Part shown: positions 30,239 through 50,850 of the stretch, piece by piece
Position numbering within the stretch: position 1 is the stretch's first letter
Layout of the letters: every line of letters starts with the position of its first letter
NCBI RefSeq assembly: GCF_009914755.1
Contig: NC_060930.1
DNA: 64,000 bases
Origin: the human T2T-CHM13v2.0 reference genome, Homo sapiens
Reading direction: 5' to 3' (one strand)
Notes under the pieces: generated by a model
Seen by the model: the letters and a program-made list of their open reading frames with translations, nothing else
Databases searched by the model: none
What the model was told of the DNA's origin: nothing
Position numbers and translations under genes: made by a program

Positions 30239-31041
30239 TGTAAACCAAAAATAAAATTCTAAGCCCCCCAACTGACTGATGGACTCCTCTATCACGCAAG
30301 GCCATTCAAAAGTTAACCTGAAAAGCTAGTTTAGGCCATGATGGGAAGCAGGGGTTAGACATGCCTCATTATACCCTCCTCCCTTAGGAATTCAGGTGCA
30401 ACTCACCAACATTAACAATAAAACAGAGATTTTTAGACTGATAAAACAGACATTTTGTAGCAACAAGACACCAAATCCCAACCTAACTCTAGTATAGCAT
30501 CACATAACAGACAGCAGGCCCTGAAAGAAATGGAGGTATTTTATCCCAAAGTATATTTCTTTGACATATTTTGAAATGTCCCTAAAAAGTTGTTCTTACA
30601 GGGAAACTGTACGTTCTGTAGAGAATCCCCTTCTCTTTCCAGGTCTTTTCCCTTATCCAGGAGATAATTAACTAAGAGTCTGGCATCTTTTTAGGTCTGG
30701 TAAGAGCTCTGAAGCATTCCTTTCTGTTGATTCCAGGTCTTTAGATAATAACTCAACCAACTGTCAATCAGAAAATATTTGAATCCACCTATGACCTGGA
30801 AGCTCCCCACCACTCCCACTTCAAGTTGTCCCACCTCTCTGGGTAGAAGCAATGCACATTTTACATGTATTTATTGATGTCTTATGTCTCCCTAAAATGT
30901 TTAAACCAAGTTATAGCCTGACCACCTTGGACACATGTTCTTAAGGTCTCCTGGGGCTGTGTCACAGGTAGTGGTCCCTCATATTTGGCTCAGAATAAAT
31001 CTCTTCAAATATTTTACAGAGTTTGACTCTTTTCATTGACA
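30239..31041 (+). mobile_element. ERV1 solo LTR, MER4 group (MER4D/E-like)
   Basis: TGTAAACCAAAAATAAAATTCTAAGCCCCCC...CAGAATAAATCTCTTCAAATATTTTACAGAGTTTGACTCTTTTCATTGACA. 4-bp TSD CCTA at 30235-30238 and 31042-31045. Confidence 0.9.
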
Positions 31042-32439
31042 CCTACAGGCTCCACCTGGGGAACCAAGAATAGATCTAATTTTGAATGGAGTTGGATGCT
31101 TTGATAATTACCTGAGACTTAACATTTGAAGCTTTGAAACCCACAGTGATTCTAGTACTTTTTCTTGTTGAAAACTGAGAGCAGTCATGGGGCTACCTGT
31201 GCTTTATTCCAAGGTCAAAGAGAAGAGCTCAGACTGCTGAATAAATTGAAAGGAAAAGTGGGTGAAAAAAAGTACTTTCTGATTACAACCTTTGAGTTCT
31301 GTGATTTAGCTGTTTGTTCTTTAGTGGATACAGTTCCTTAACTAGATTATGAGGTTCTTAGGGTATTCCTAACTAACGAATTCTTGCAAAATGGTGGACA
31401 TTTTCCCCTATTATCAGTTTGACACATGGAAATTTTGTGTACTAGACTATTTGTGTCTATGTATATCAGTGTATGTATATTTTATATTTTTTTATTATTT
31501 AAATCCTCTGGTGTTCCATATAACATCAATTATAGGAATGGCTTTATTGAACTTAAAAATTATTTGAGTCAGACTCATATTATAAAAGCAATAGAGAAAA
31601 ATCAACCCCTAATTGGAACTTGCAAAATGTATTTTTACAGATTAAAATGAAAAACAAAATGTCATTTGAATGCTTTAATTGGTTTCAGTGTTACAACTGC
31701 AAGCCAGATGGTTCCTTTTCAAGTAGTTTACAATGTCTTTGCTGAATAACTGAATTACTAAAGCAGCTGTGATTATTAACATTTACCTAAACAGAAAAAC
31801 ATGTCTGCTATTCGTTTGTTAAGAAAGTACCTGCTTTGCAGTAGTTTGGGAAACAAATCATGATTCCAGTTCCTCTAGATAGCATAGTATTTTCATAAAA
31901 TGAGAGAAAACATCAATAAGAGATGCACATATTAATTTGTATCTTAAAATGAATGCTGATTTTAAATTTTTGCTTATTGACCCAGCGTTAGCATCTCTTG
32001 TGGATTCTTTCGATTTTATGTTTCTACAATTGTATGATTTATTTATATTTTTGATTTGAAAAAGAAACACTTTTAGATGTAATACTCTGTTAATAATTAT
32101 CTTTAGTTCCTGGTTAAAACATTATATTCTGGAAGTAAGTAGTCCTTACAGAAATTTGTTTCTGTTATAAGCTGAGGTATTCTAACTCTATACTCTTAGC
32201 AAGGGTAAATTTGATACTGAATGTAATCTGGAGTACTGTATACAAATTCAATTCTTGAGAGAGCCAAATAAGGAAAGAAATATTTAGGGGGGAGTAATGG
32301 TGAGGTGTGCTGTTTCAGTTCAATTTTCAAAAAGATAAATTGTTAGGAAAAATTCTGATTAGGTAATGGCATTTTAAACATTCTATCACATCATTTTCTA
32401 ATCAGAATTATCCTTACTAATATACTGTTTTGGTAAAAG

Positions 32440-32875
32440 GATTGAAACAACTGATTTTTGTCTTGGAAGTCTATGATTGTCTTGGCATTTTTGTTGATTT
32501 AGGTTTAGCTCCACAGATCTCCTCTGGGCTGTCCCATGTGTCTCTCTGTAGTCAGCTGGGTGATGGAGGGGGCTGGTTGGTGTAGGATGGTCAACATAGT
32601 GACAACTCAGCTCTCCTCCATGTGCTCTTCACATTTTAGCATGGTAGCCTGGGCGTGTTCTGGTTATGGCAAAGGAGCAAGAGCAGCAAGACAACGAGTT
32701 CCTCTGCCCAAGAACTTTTGAAACCTTTGGTTGTGCCATGTTTGATAACATTCTGTTTGACTAATGCAAGTCATATAGTCAAGCCCAGAGTCAAAGCATG
32801 GGAAAATGCCCTGCCCTTGAGAGGGGACAAAGAATTGGGGTCATTAATTGACTCTATAGGACACACATTCTTACA
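32440..32875 (-). mobile_element. Old MaLR LTR (MLT1F/G-like)
   Basis: GACAACTCAGCTCTCCTCCATGTG and GCAAGTCATATAGTCAAGCCCAGAGTCAA motifs. Confidence 0.6.
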
Positions 32876-32999
32876 GGTTTACACTATTCTATAATAGTAA
32901 TCCTGGGTATGACGTACTATAACGTAATTATCCACTTTCCTATTTTTGGATATTCAGGTTGATTTTTTTTGCAGTTGTAATCAATGTTGCAATAAAAAT

Positions 33000-36420
<3,421 letters not shown>

Positions 36421-36439
36421 GTTGTAATTCTACATATTT

Positions 36440-37915
36440 GAGAAGTACTATTTGATGTTTTATACACATATGTTGTAAAATGATCAGTTTGGGATGTATA
36501 GCATGAGCATCACCTCATGAATTTATCCTTTTTTTGTGATGAGGACATTCAAAAGCTTCTCTTTTAGCTATTTCATAGTATAAAATATTTCACTGTTAGC
36601 CATCATCACCCTACTATACAATAGAACACCAGAAGTGATTCTTCCTATTTAATTATAACTTTATACCTTTTGACCAATCTCTTCCCGTCCGCCTTTCTCC
36701 TCTCTCTCCCTTCTCCCTGGTCTCTGGTAAACACTGTTCTACTCTCTGTTTCTGTGATATCAACTACTCTTCTTTTTTTTTTAAGATTCCACATATGATA
36801 TTATGTGGTATTTGTTTTTCCTTCTGTGTCTGGCTTATTTCATTTAATGTTATGTCCTCCAGGACCATCCATGTTGTCACAAATGATAGGATTTCATTCT
36901 TTTTATGGCTGAATAATATTCCATTGTGAATATATATCATATATTTTTTATCCTTTTATTCATTATTGGACACTTAGCTGGATTCCACACCTTAGCTATT
37001 GTAAAAACTGCTGTAATAAACATGGGAATGCAGATATTTCTTTGACTTATTGATTTCATTTCCTTTGGCTATATACCCAGTAGTGGGATTGCTGGTTCAT
37101 AAGGTAGTTATATTTTTAGCTTTTAAGGGAGCTTCCATACCATTTACATAGTGCTTTTACTAACGTACAATCCCACAAACAGTATGTAAGTGTTCCCTTT
37201 TCACAGATCATCATCACCAACAACCTTGTTCTTTTCTCTTTTTGATAATGGCCATTCTAACTGGATTGAGGTAGTATCTCATGTAGTTTTGATTTGCATT
37301 TCTCTCATGATTAGTGATGGTGAGCATTTTTTCATTTACCTGTTGGCTATTTGAATATCTTCTTTTCAGAAAGACCTATTAAGGTGTTTTGCCCATTTAA
37401 AAAATTGGGTTATTTGGTGGGTTTTGTTTTGTGTTGCTGTTAGTTGTTTAAGTTCCTGATATATTTTGATATTACCTCTTGTTGGATCTACAGTTTGGAA
37501 ATATTTTCTCCCATTCCATAGGTTGTATCTTCACTCTGCTAATTGTTTCCTTTGTTGTGCAAAAGCTTTCTAGTTTGATGTAGTCTAATTTGTCTATTTT
37601 TGTTTACTGTGAATTGAGGTCTTATTTTAAAATCCTCAGCCAGCCCAACATTGTAAAACATTTTCCTTATATTTTCTTCTAGTAGTTTCATAGTTTTGGG
37701 TTTCACATTTAAGTATTTAATCCACTTTGAGCTGATTTTTGTTATATGGTGAGAGATAGGAGGCTATTTTCATTCTTTTGCATGTGGAAATCCAATTTTT
37801 CCAGCACCATTTCTTGACAGGATTGTCTTTTTCCATTTTGTGTTCTTGGCACCTATGTTGAAAATCAGTTGAATGTGAGTGCATGAATTTATTTATGGGA
37901 TCTCTCTTTTGTTCC
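36440..37915 (-). mobile_element. L1MA-type 3' segment (3'UTR and ORF2 C-terminus)
   Basis: CTGGCTTATTTCATTTAA, TATATACCCAGTAGTGGGATTGCTGG. The minus-strand ORF 37717-37917 gives KWCWKNWISTCKRMK...LSPY (L1 ORF2). Confidence 0.88.
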
Positions 37916-38872
37916 ATTTGATTTGGAGTTAGGAGCTATCAGATCTCTCAAGTCACCTCCAGTTAGGAGAGAAGATTCTTCCTGTGTGTGCTAGGGTTCC
38001 AATGGCTGCCTTGTGATTTTTAACCCTTTGAATCAAAGGAACTTAAATTACTGAAAAATGATAAAAGAAAAGGAGAACAGTTTGAAATTTTAGGTTTTGC
38101 TAAAGTTTTTCAATATTATACCCTGTGACTCTTTAATAAATGAGGATGAAAGTCCATAAAAATAAAGTTTTTAAAAGAAAGCAATTTAGCAAAATTCAGA
38201 TGCTTCTCTTCCACTTAAAGATAGTGTAATATATTGAAAAATTAAAACACTTGGGTTAAGGCCTTAACTTTTCCACATAAGCTGTGGAAAAGTTGGGCCT
38301 CTCAAACTTTGGGCCTCTCAAACTCTCTGATGATTTCCTTTTGTGTAAAATAGAAAGTATAACGTTCATCCCAGCCCTACCAATATACTTTTATTAAGAT
38401 CAAATAAGATAAAGTGTAGCTTCATTAGAGGGATAAATAAAATTATTCCTTTCCTATCCAACTAAAAGTATTCTTTTAAGTAAATGAACTTTTAAAATAC
38501 CTATTAGTGTATTTTCATTGTAAAGGCATAAAAATGCAAATAAATTATAAGTCCTTTTTGAGTCCTGCTTTCTGCCTCCTAGTCACCTCCAAAACTTTCA
38601 GAGAGAATTACTTGTTAGAATTACTTGTTAGTTTGCTCTAACTGCACTGTCCAATATGACATTCATGAGCTACGTATGGCTATTAAACGGAAATGTAAAT
38701 TAATTATATTGAATAAAATTATTGTTTTTAGTTATACTAGCCATAGTTCAAATAATCAATACCCATATGGATGGCATTACTGTATTGGACAGAGAAGATA
38801 TGGAATATATCTATCACTAGAGAAAGTTCTATTGAACAACGCTGCTCTTCAATCAAGTCCAGTAAGAGAGCT

Positions 38873-39086
38873 TGTGGTAGGCAGAATGACAACCCCCGAT
38901 AATGTCTATGTCTTAGTACCCAGAACCTGAAAATACTACATTATATGTCAAAAAGGACTTTTCAGATATAATTAAGTAAAGGATCTTGAGATGAAAAATT
39001 GCCTTGGGTTATCTGAGTAGGCCCAGTGTAATAACTACAATTTCTAGAGGCAGAGGGCATAAGGGTCAGAGTCGGAAAAAAAGATA
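38873..39086 (+). mobile_element. MLT1D-like LTR, 5' half (host of the provirus)
   Basis: TGTGGTAGGCAGAATGAC...AAGGATCTTGAGATG...GGTCAGAGTC. Resumes at 51874. Confidence 0.85.
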
Positions 39087-39516
39087 TGTGAAAGTTGTTA
39101 GAGTAAATACTGTGTTTGAAAAAAAAAATCCCTGACAAATAGAGCTGGGGAAGGTCATGAAGGGAGAATTGTCATGCATAATTGCCTGATAACAATAACT
39201 AACTATCACAAAAGACTACAAAAACCATAGCCTTACACAAAGGCCATTGCAACCTTACACAAAAAATACTTCTGCAAGGACATCTGTCCAGCATCTGCCT
39301 GTCCAACCTCTGACTGGCACCATAGCCAAGGATAATTATCTCAAAACAATTATGTAAACCTCTTCATTTTTTCTTTAAAAACCTTTGTCTTTCTTTATCT
39401 CCCTAAATATGTGCATAGTTTACTATGGCCTGTGTATATTCCCAGTATGATGCCCTATTTCTGAATAAATATTGTTTTCTTTTAGAGAGCTCCCCTATTT
39501 ATTATTTAGGTTGACA
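39087..39516 (+). mobile_element. 5' LTR of ERV1 provirus (LTR37-like)
   Basis: TGTGAAAGTTG...CCTGACAAATAGAGCTGGGGAAGGTCATGAAG...AATAAA...TTAGGTTGACA. Colinear with 50794-51873. Followed by a PBS-like TGGTATCCAGAAGC (39521). Confidence 0.88.
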
Positions 39517-40404
39517 TAAATGGTATCCAGAAGCAAGACCTGAAGCATAATCACTTTGGAAAGGAATTGGCAATTCTTGGATTTAGTGTACAATACTCAC
39601 TTGAGCCCTCTGAGCTCTCTGCTTTCATGGCTTGCCATTTCTCTCCTGGTGAATCTTTCCTCAGGCTGAGCCTCCTTCTTTTTGGTAGAGGTGGTTTTTT
39701 GTTTTTGTTTGTTTTGTTTTTAACTATTTTGGGATTTGGTTTGGTTATAAGACAGTCTTTGATACAGGACTTTATATCCTTCCTGGGGTGATAAAAGATA
39801 AAAAGTCTCTTCTGGCAAGTCCTTTCTGGCATAAAGACAAGTGTTCCTCTAGTTTGAATACTCTGGTTTCTACAGAATATATGTCCTCTCTGTAACACAT
39901 TCTTTTCTGGTTAATTTAGTTTTGCTCTTTTCTGCATGCTTAATTTAATATTTTGTTTGATCTACACACCTGGGTTAAAATTTTTGTGAGCACTCTGATT
40001 TTGGTTTTATTTTGATTTGTTTACATATATCTGTAAATAATTTGTCTCTTTTTCTTGTTTGTTTCTAAAAATCTTCCAAGAGCAAAGCTAAACATTACAA
40101 ATGGTGGGTACAGAATGGCTAACTAAAAGCCACTAGGGAAATCACCATCATCTAAAACACTGGTGTAAACTCCTGACATTCTGTTACAGGATTTTGGGGT
40201 TTTCTTTGCTTTTGAGAGCTTAATAAGAACTTAAATGGACTTCTCAAACATTAAGGTTTACCAGGGTTTCTGGGACTCCAGCTGACTATAATATAGCCCA
40301 TTCCTCATTATTATGCTCATTTTTAAACTGATGGGCAAATTACAACAAGAAAAATTTAGAGACCAGATGGTCATAACTTAAATCTCTTTTTAAAAATCCC
40401 TGCA

Positions 40405-40717
40405 GGCTGGGCTTGGTGGCTCACTCCTGTAATCCCAGCACTTTGGGAGCCCAAGGTGGGTGGATCACGAGGTCAGGAGATCAAGACCATCCTGGCTAAC
40501 ATGGTGAAACCCCATCTCTACTAAAAATACAAAAAATTAGCAGGGCATGGTGGCACGCACCTATAATCTCAGCTACTTGGGAGCCTGAGGCAGGATAATC
40601 ACTTCAACCTGGGAGGCCGAGGTTGTAGTGACCCGAGATCACGCCACTGCACTCCAGCCTCGATGACAGAGCAAGACTCCGTCAGAAACAAAACAAAACA
40701 AAACAAAACAACAACAA
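40405..40717 (+). mobile_element. AluSc/Y-like inside provirus
   Basis: GGATCACGAGGTCAGGAGATCAAGACCATCCTGGCTAAC, (CAAAA)n tail, TSD AAAAATCCCTGCA / AAAAACCCCTGCA. Confidence 0.94.
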
Positions 40718-43162
40718 AAAAACCCCTGCAAATATAGAGTTAACATGTAAAATCTTCTACATTCTCTGTTTCTCTATTTTTTCTTTCTACTTTGAATCTT
40801 TTGAATCTGCTGATACATCTTCAGGTGTCCAGATAAAATTCGCTGCTTTATGGCACTGCAGCCAAAATAGAAAAAAAAAAGTCTTAAAGGGCTTTTAATT
40901 GTGGCTTTATAATTTACAATAGCTCTATGGCAACTATCAACCTAGACATCTCAGTCATCTCTTTTAAGGTAAATTTAGGTTTTCCTGGCTAACAATTGCT
41001 TAGCGTGATGGAACAATTAATTGAAAGGTTAATATTTTAAAAGAAAAATAACTGGATAAATGTTTATAAAAGTTATAATTTCAGATCAAAGAGGTCAAAA
41101 TTTTAAGTCCAGAGCGATAATATAAGGTATCTCTGTCTGGCATAAAAATTGCCTTGTGTGCCATGTAGGGGCATAAGAAAGGCATTAAAATGTGTTCTCT
41201 ATTGAAAAAACTAATTTTATTTGTCTGATCTTATTACAAGGTTGTTTCAAAACATGGATTTAGAAAGGAAATAAAAAGAAAGGAACCAATAAGTAGAAGA
41301 GAGAGATGTGAAGATGTTATGAATATGAAGATGTATGTTTGGTAAGAAAAGTTAAACAGAAAAGAAATAATTTTGTATGAAAAAGAATCTAGTGTGGTTA
41401 TTTAAGAGTAAGTATAGGACAAATCAGAATGTATAAGTATGTTGTTGAAGATCTATGCAGGCTGTAAAAGGTTCATTAAGAATGAATTTGTGAAAGGAAT
41501 TTTATGTGTAATCAAATGGGCTACAATCAGAAGGAAACTATTTGTCTTTTAAAAGATCGATCATTAATCTTAAAAATACATGGATACAAAACTAAAAATT
41601 TGTTTCCCTAAAGTTACAACAATAAATTTTCCTTGAAGTATTGATATGTTCTTAGTAAAATTGTAAGAGGTTTTGATTTAATTTTGAAATTTGTTTCTTC
41701 AACAGCCGTCTTCTAAATTGTAGACATTTTTTATTTCTGCCACATTTCTCCCTGCGATCTGTTTATTCCCCCAGTTTCAGGTTGGAAATGCTGTCTTCTC
41801 CATTTGGAATGGTAACTTCATTTCTTGAAGTAGTTTTACTTTTGAAGTTTCTCAGATTCATATCTCAGAAGTTTGACTTTTGCCGTATCTTGCACATCAT
41901 TTGCAGGTTGTACATCATTGCCTTCAGCTCTTTCTCCTTTTCAGAAGTTAAATCGTTTTGCTTGGCAGGATAATAACTCTCCCTTTGAACTTTCTCATCA
42001 GTTTTGTAACCCTTTCCTCTGGTTCTAACTCTGATGTCTTAACTGTCAATAAAATGTTCTGTCCTTAAGGCCTAGAAAAACAATGTTTTCCTCCAGTATA
42101 ACTTGATTCTGTAGTCTTGACTTTTCTTGATGTGTCTGAATTGTTCTATGTAATGAGAACACTTCCCATGCTGTTACTAAAGCTATGTATTCTCCTGCTC
42201 AAGGTACTAGTTTTCTTGTTTATATTCCTCTTTAATGTGGTATACACTCATAACCTTGGACACACACTCTGTATGTGCCTGATTGAATCCAAGGACTTTT
42301 CAATCATGTTTGACTTACAGGTTATCTAAATGGGCTTTTCCTAAGAGAAAGCAATCACACTGCAGAAGGTTTGTTTTTTTTAACCTTTTTAATTGGCCTA
42401 AATAAAACTCAAAATATTTTATATTTATCAAGATATTTTCCTGTGTTATCTTTATTAGATTTTACTGATCATGTAGGAAAACTGAGATTTGAAAGGGTTA
42501 AGGCTATTACAGTCAAGTAGCTTTCTTTACATTTTCTGACTATCACTCTGGTTAAATAAATAACTATTATTTCACAGTGACCTGTCATTTTGTTTTTATC
42601 AGTGTTTTGAACATTGTGACATATTTGGCAGGCTTTCTTGGAATTAAGATTCTAAATTAGGTATTTTTGACCTAAAATTGACTTTGGGATCTTTCCAGTT
42701 GGGCCCTTCAAGGGCCTCAAAGGATGTATCTCTTATTTTGTAGAGATATTAAATGAGTAGGCTTATTTGGTAAATTACATGAGAAATACTTCAAATGACA
42801 GGTGCTACTGGATTTTCTTTCATTTATGTTTATGAATATGTTATTAATATGAATGTTTCAAAATTCAAATAGTTCCAAAATTATATTTTAGAAATCTAGT
42901 ATGTCATCAGCCATAATTCCAGTTATTATGTTGCATGCCAAAAAAATGACCACATTTTCTTATCAATTTCTGGTTATGGTAAACTTCCATCAGATTTTTA
43001 ACCATAATTATTCTAAGCTTTTGTAATCTATAGTTAATGTTTTGAATTTTTTCTAAAGAGACCTGCAACTGGATTCATGGAAAAGACTCTAACAACTACT
43101 GTTAAATACAGGTTTCAAAAAACTTTAAGATAAATGGACTAAATAAGAAGTTTCCAGAAGTC

Positions 43163-43627
43163 TCATAAAGAAACTGGGGGGCAGCCAAGATGGCCAAATA
43201 GGAACAGCTCCGGTCTACAGCTCCCAGCATGAGCCATGCAGAAGACGAGTGATTTCTGCATTTCCATCTTAGGTACCGGGTTCATCTCACTAGGGAGTGC
43301 CAGAGAGTGGGCGCAGGACAGTGGGTGCAGTGCACCGTGCGTGAGCTGAAGGAGGGCGAGGCATTGCCTCACTCGGGAAGCGCAAGGGGTCAGGGAGTTC
43401 CCTTTCCTAGTCAAACAAAGGGGTGACAGACAGCACCTGGAAAATTGGGTCACTCCCACCCTAATACTGCGCTTTTCCAACGGGCTTAAAAAACGGCACA
43501 CCAGGGGATTATATCCCGCACCTGGCTCGGAGGGTCCTACACCCACGGAGTCTCGCTGATTGCTAGCACAGCAGTCTGGGATCAAACTGCAAGGCAGCAG
43601 CGAGGCTAGGGGAGGGGCGCCTGCCAT
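43163..43627 (-). CDS. L1 ORF0-homologous antisense ORF, 154 aa (expression unknown)
   Basis: Starts MAGAPPLASLLPCSLIPDCCASNQRDSVGVGPSEPG, matching primate L1 ORF0. ATG in GCAATGG context. Stop lies in flanking DNA. Confidence 0.5.
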   Translation of the reverse strand: MAGAPPLASLLPCSLIPDCCASNQRDSVGVGPSEPGAGYNPLVCRFLSPLEKRSIRVGVTQFSRCCLSPLCLTRKGNSLTPCASRVRQCLALLQLTHGALHPLSCAHSLALPSEMNPVPKMEMQKSLVFCMAHAGSCRPELFLFGHLGCPPVSL

Positions 43628-44209
43628 TGCCCAGGCTTGCTTAGGTAATCAAAGCAGCCGGGAAGCTCCAACTGGGTGGAGCCCACCACAGCTCAAGGAG
43701 GCCTGCCTGCCTCTGTAGGCTCCACCTCTGGGGGCAGGGCACAGACAAACAAAAGACAGCAGTAACCTCTGCAGACTTAAATGTCCCTGTCTGACAGCTT
43801 TGAAGAGAGCAGTGGCTCTCCCAGCACACAGCTGGAGATCTAAGAACGGGCAGACTGCCTCCTCAAGTGGGTCCCTCACCCCTGACCCCCGAGCAGCCTA
43901 ACTGGGAGGCACTCCCCAGTAGGGGCAGACTGACACCTCACACAGCCAGGTACTCCTCTGAGACAAAACTTCCAGAGGAACAATCAGACAGCAGCATTTG
44001 CGGTTCATGAAAATCTGCTGTTCTGCAGCCACAGCTGCTGATACCCAGGCAAACAGGGTCTGGAGTGGACCTCTAGCAAACTCCAACAGACCTGCAGCTG
44101 AGGGTCCTGTCTGTTAGAAAGAAAACTAACAAACAGAAAGGACATCCACACCAAAAACCCATCTGTACATCACCATCATCAAAGACCAAAAGTAGATAAA
44201 ACCACAAAA

Positions 44210-45226
44210 GTGGGGAAAAAACAGAGCAGAAAAACTGGAAACTCTAAAAAGCAGAGCGCCTCTCCTCCTCCAAAGGAACGCAGTTCCTCACCAGCAATGG
44301 AACAAAGCTGGATGGAGAATGACTTTGATGAGTTGAGAGAAGAAGGCTTCAGATGATCAAACTATTCCGAGCTACAGGAGGAAATTCAAACCAAAGGCAA
44401 AGAAGTTGAAAACTTTGAAGAAAATTTAGACGAATGTATAACTAGAATAACCAATACAGAGAAGGCCTTAAAGGAGCTGATGGAGCTGAAAGCCAAGGCT
44501 CGAGAACTACGTGAAGAATGCAGAAGCCTCAGGAGCTGATGCAATCAACTGGAAGAAAGGGTATCAGCGATGGAAGATGAAATGAATGAAATGAAGCGAG
44601 AAGGGAAGTTTAAAGAAAAAAGAATAAAAAGAAATGAACAAAGCCTCCAAGAAATATGGGACCATGTGAAAAGACCAAATCTACGTCTGATTGCTGTATC
44701 TGAAAGTGACAGGGAGAATGGAACCAAGTTGGAAAACACTCTGCAGGATATTATCCAGGAGAACTTCCTCAATCTAGCAAGGCAGGCCAAAATTCAGATT
44801 CAGGAAATACAGAGAACGCCACAAAGATACTCCTCGAGAAGAGCAACTCCAAGACACATAATTGTCAGATTCACCAAAGTTGAAATGAAGGAAAATATGT
44901 TAAGGGCAGCCAGAGAGAAAGGTCAGGTTACCCACAAAGGGAAGCCCACCAGACTAACAGCTGATCTCTCGGCAGAAACTCTGCAAGCCAGAAGAGAGTG
45001 GGGGCCAATATTCAACATTCTTAAAGAAAAGAATTTTCAACCCAGAATTTCATATCCAGCCAAACTAAGCTTCATAAGTGAAGGAGAAATAAAATACTTT
45101 ACAGACAAGCAAATGCTGAGAGATTTTGTCACCACCAGGCCTGCCCTAAAAGAGCTCCTGAAGGAAGCACTAAACATGGAAAGGAACAACCGGTACCAGC
45201 CGCTGCAAAATCATGCCAAAATGTAA
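44210..45226 (+). pseudogene. L1 ORF1, disabled
   Basis: 1017-nt span, the canonical 338-aa length. Start codon reads GTG (AAAAGTGGGGAAAAAA), with premature TGAs near 44354 and 44537. The C-terminal 218 aa are open (RPNLRL...YPAKLSF...NHAKM). Confidence 0.92.
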
Positions 45227-45274
45227 AGACCATGGAGGCTAGGAAGAAACTGCATCAACTAATGAGCAAAATAA

Positions 45275-49104
<3,830 letters not shown>

Positions 49105-50850
49105 ACAATCAGAACACATGGACACAGGAAGGGGAACATCACACTATGGGGACTGTTGTGGGGTGGAGGGAGGGGGGAGGGATAGCATTTGGAGATATAC
49201 CTAATGCTAAAAGACGAGTTAATGGGTGCAGCACACCAGCATGGCACATGTATACATATGTAACTAACCTGCACATTGTGCACATGTACCCTAAAACTTA
49301 AAGTACAATAATAATAAAATAAAAAAAAAAGAAACTGATTGGCTCATGAAACTGCTAAAAAAAGATCAAACATTCATTACATCAACTTGAATAACTGATA
49401 AAAATAATAATAATTTTTATTTGAAGCATTGCTTGTTATTTACTTAAATATCTTTTCCAGATTTAAGAAAATTTTGTATCTAGAGTAATTTATACAGCAA
49501 TTTGGTAAAGAATACTTCTGTGAATAAAGGTGGAGACATTTGCTTTTCCTTTCTACTTGGTTCCCCCCAAATTTTGAAACCACTGGTGAGTATTCTTATG
49601 GCACTATAGTTACTTGTATAAGTTCAATAAAAAATCTGCTCTCTCTTTATAACAAGATATGATTGGAAATGTTGGTTATGTTACCAAGGTTTTTACTAAA
49701 GCGTCATATTTGAGAATATGCATAGAATACCTCATTTCAAGGGTTCCTAGGCTTACAGTGAATGAATAAAAACTGTCACTTTTTGGCAGGTCCAGAGATT
49801 GTAGACCACGAGTTAAATCTAAAGTCTACCTTGGTTTGGCTTCCTATCCCAAAGAGGTTTTAAAATCTGATTCCTATGTTATCAATATGGAAAGAAAAAC
49901 TTACATTTCTAAAGAAAAGCTATACTACATCTGTTATTAGATTGTAGCTTTGCACATTGCTTTCAAGTTCTTGTTATCTACCTGTAGACTAGACTAGATC
50001 CTAAATTCTTCTAGTTTCCTCCAATCCAATTTTCTTCCATAGAATTATTTAAAAGAGAAACTACTCTCTTCTTGAAGCCCTATAAGCTGAAAGTAGATGA
50101 ATTTTAAGGAACAAGTCTCATGCCTAATGCATGGGTTACACAGAAAGTTTACCCTACTACCTGACACTATAGCCAGAGATATTCAAACTACAAAGAAACA
50201 CAAGAACTTTATATTTTCATGCTCTAGACAGCTTTTCCAAGATGATGGAAAATGGCTCCATATCATAATGAGACTTTAATTCCTTTTAATGCCTAGTTTT
50301 TTCACTTGGAAGACAACGGTCATTGATTTATTTAAACTGGTTGCCTTTAAGCCTAGGTTTGTGGCTCAATACCATTACGCAAACTGAGACTGTCATATTA
50401 ATACTAATTTACCTGGTATTTCCCCCTTTTAAGCTGTGTATCTGTTACTTGTTAAATTTGTGCAGCAATACAAGTACTAACAGAATAAAGCTGATCCAGC
50501 ACTTTGAGATGATAGCAAAAGACTATGGAACAGACAAAAATTGAACTTAATAATGGACCACAGGCTTAGCTGGAGAGCCACTCTCTTTAAACCTTTCTAT
50601 TGTTCAAATCTGGCTAAATGGATTTTGAAACTGACTTTTAGTAGCCATTCACTCCCTCCAATGTGGGACCAGACCTATTGGTATCTTATACCCAAGATAA
50701 GTCCATCCTGGCACCATGGGACAATCAAAACCGAACTACAGGATGATTTATCAGCAGTGCTTTTAGACAAAGGTCTTGATTAACATTGGGAAATATAAAA
50801 GTTGTTGACATCAAAATGGACTCATTCATATTTTTAAAAAATGACATATT

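Noticed and set aside
38604-38631. 13-bp duplication AGAATTACTTGTT x2 (also TTTGAATCTT x3 at ~15454-15491 and CCAGTC x3 at ~60105-60123)
   Set aside because: Ordinary short slippage repeats with no spacer structure or functional context.
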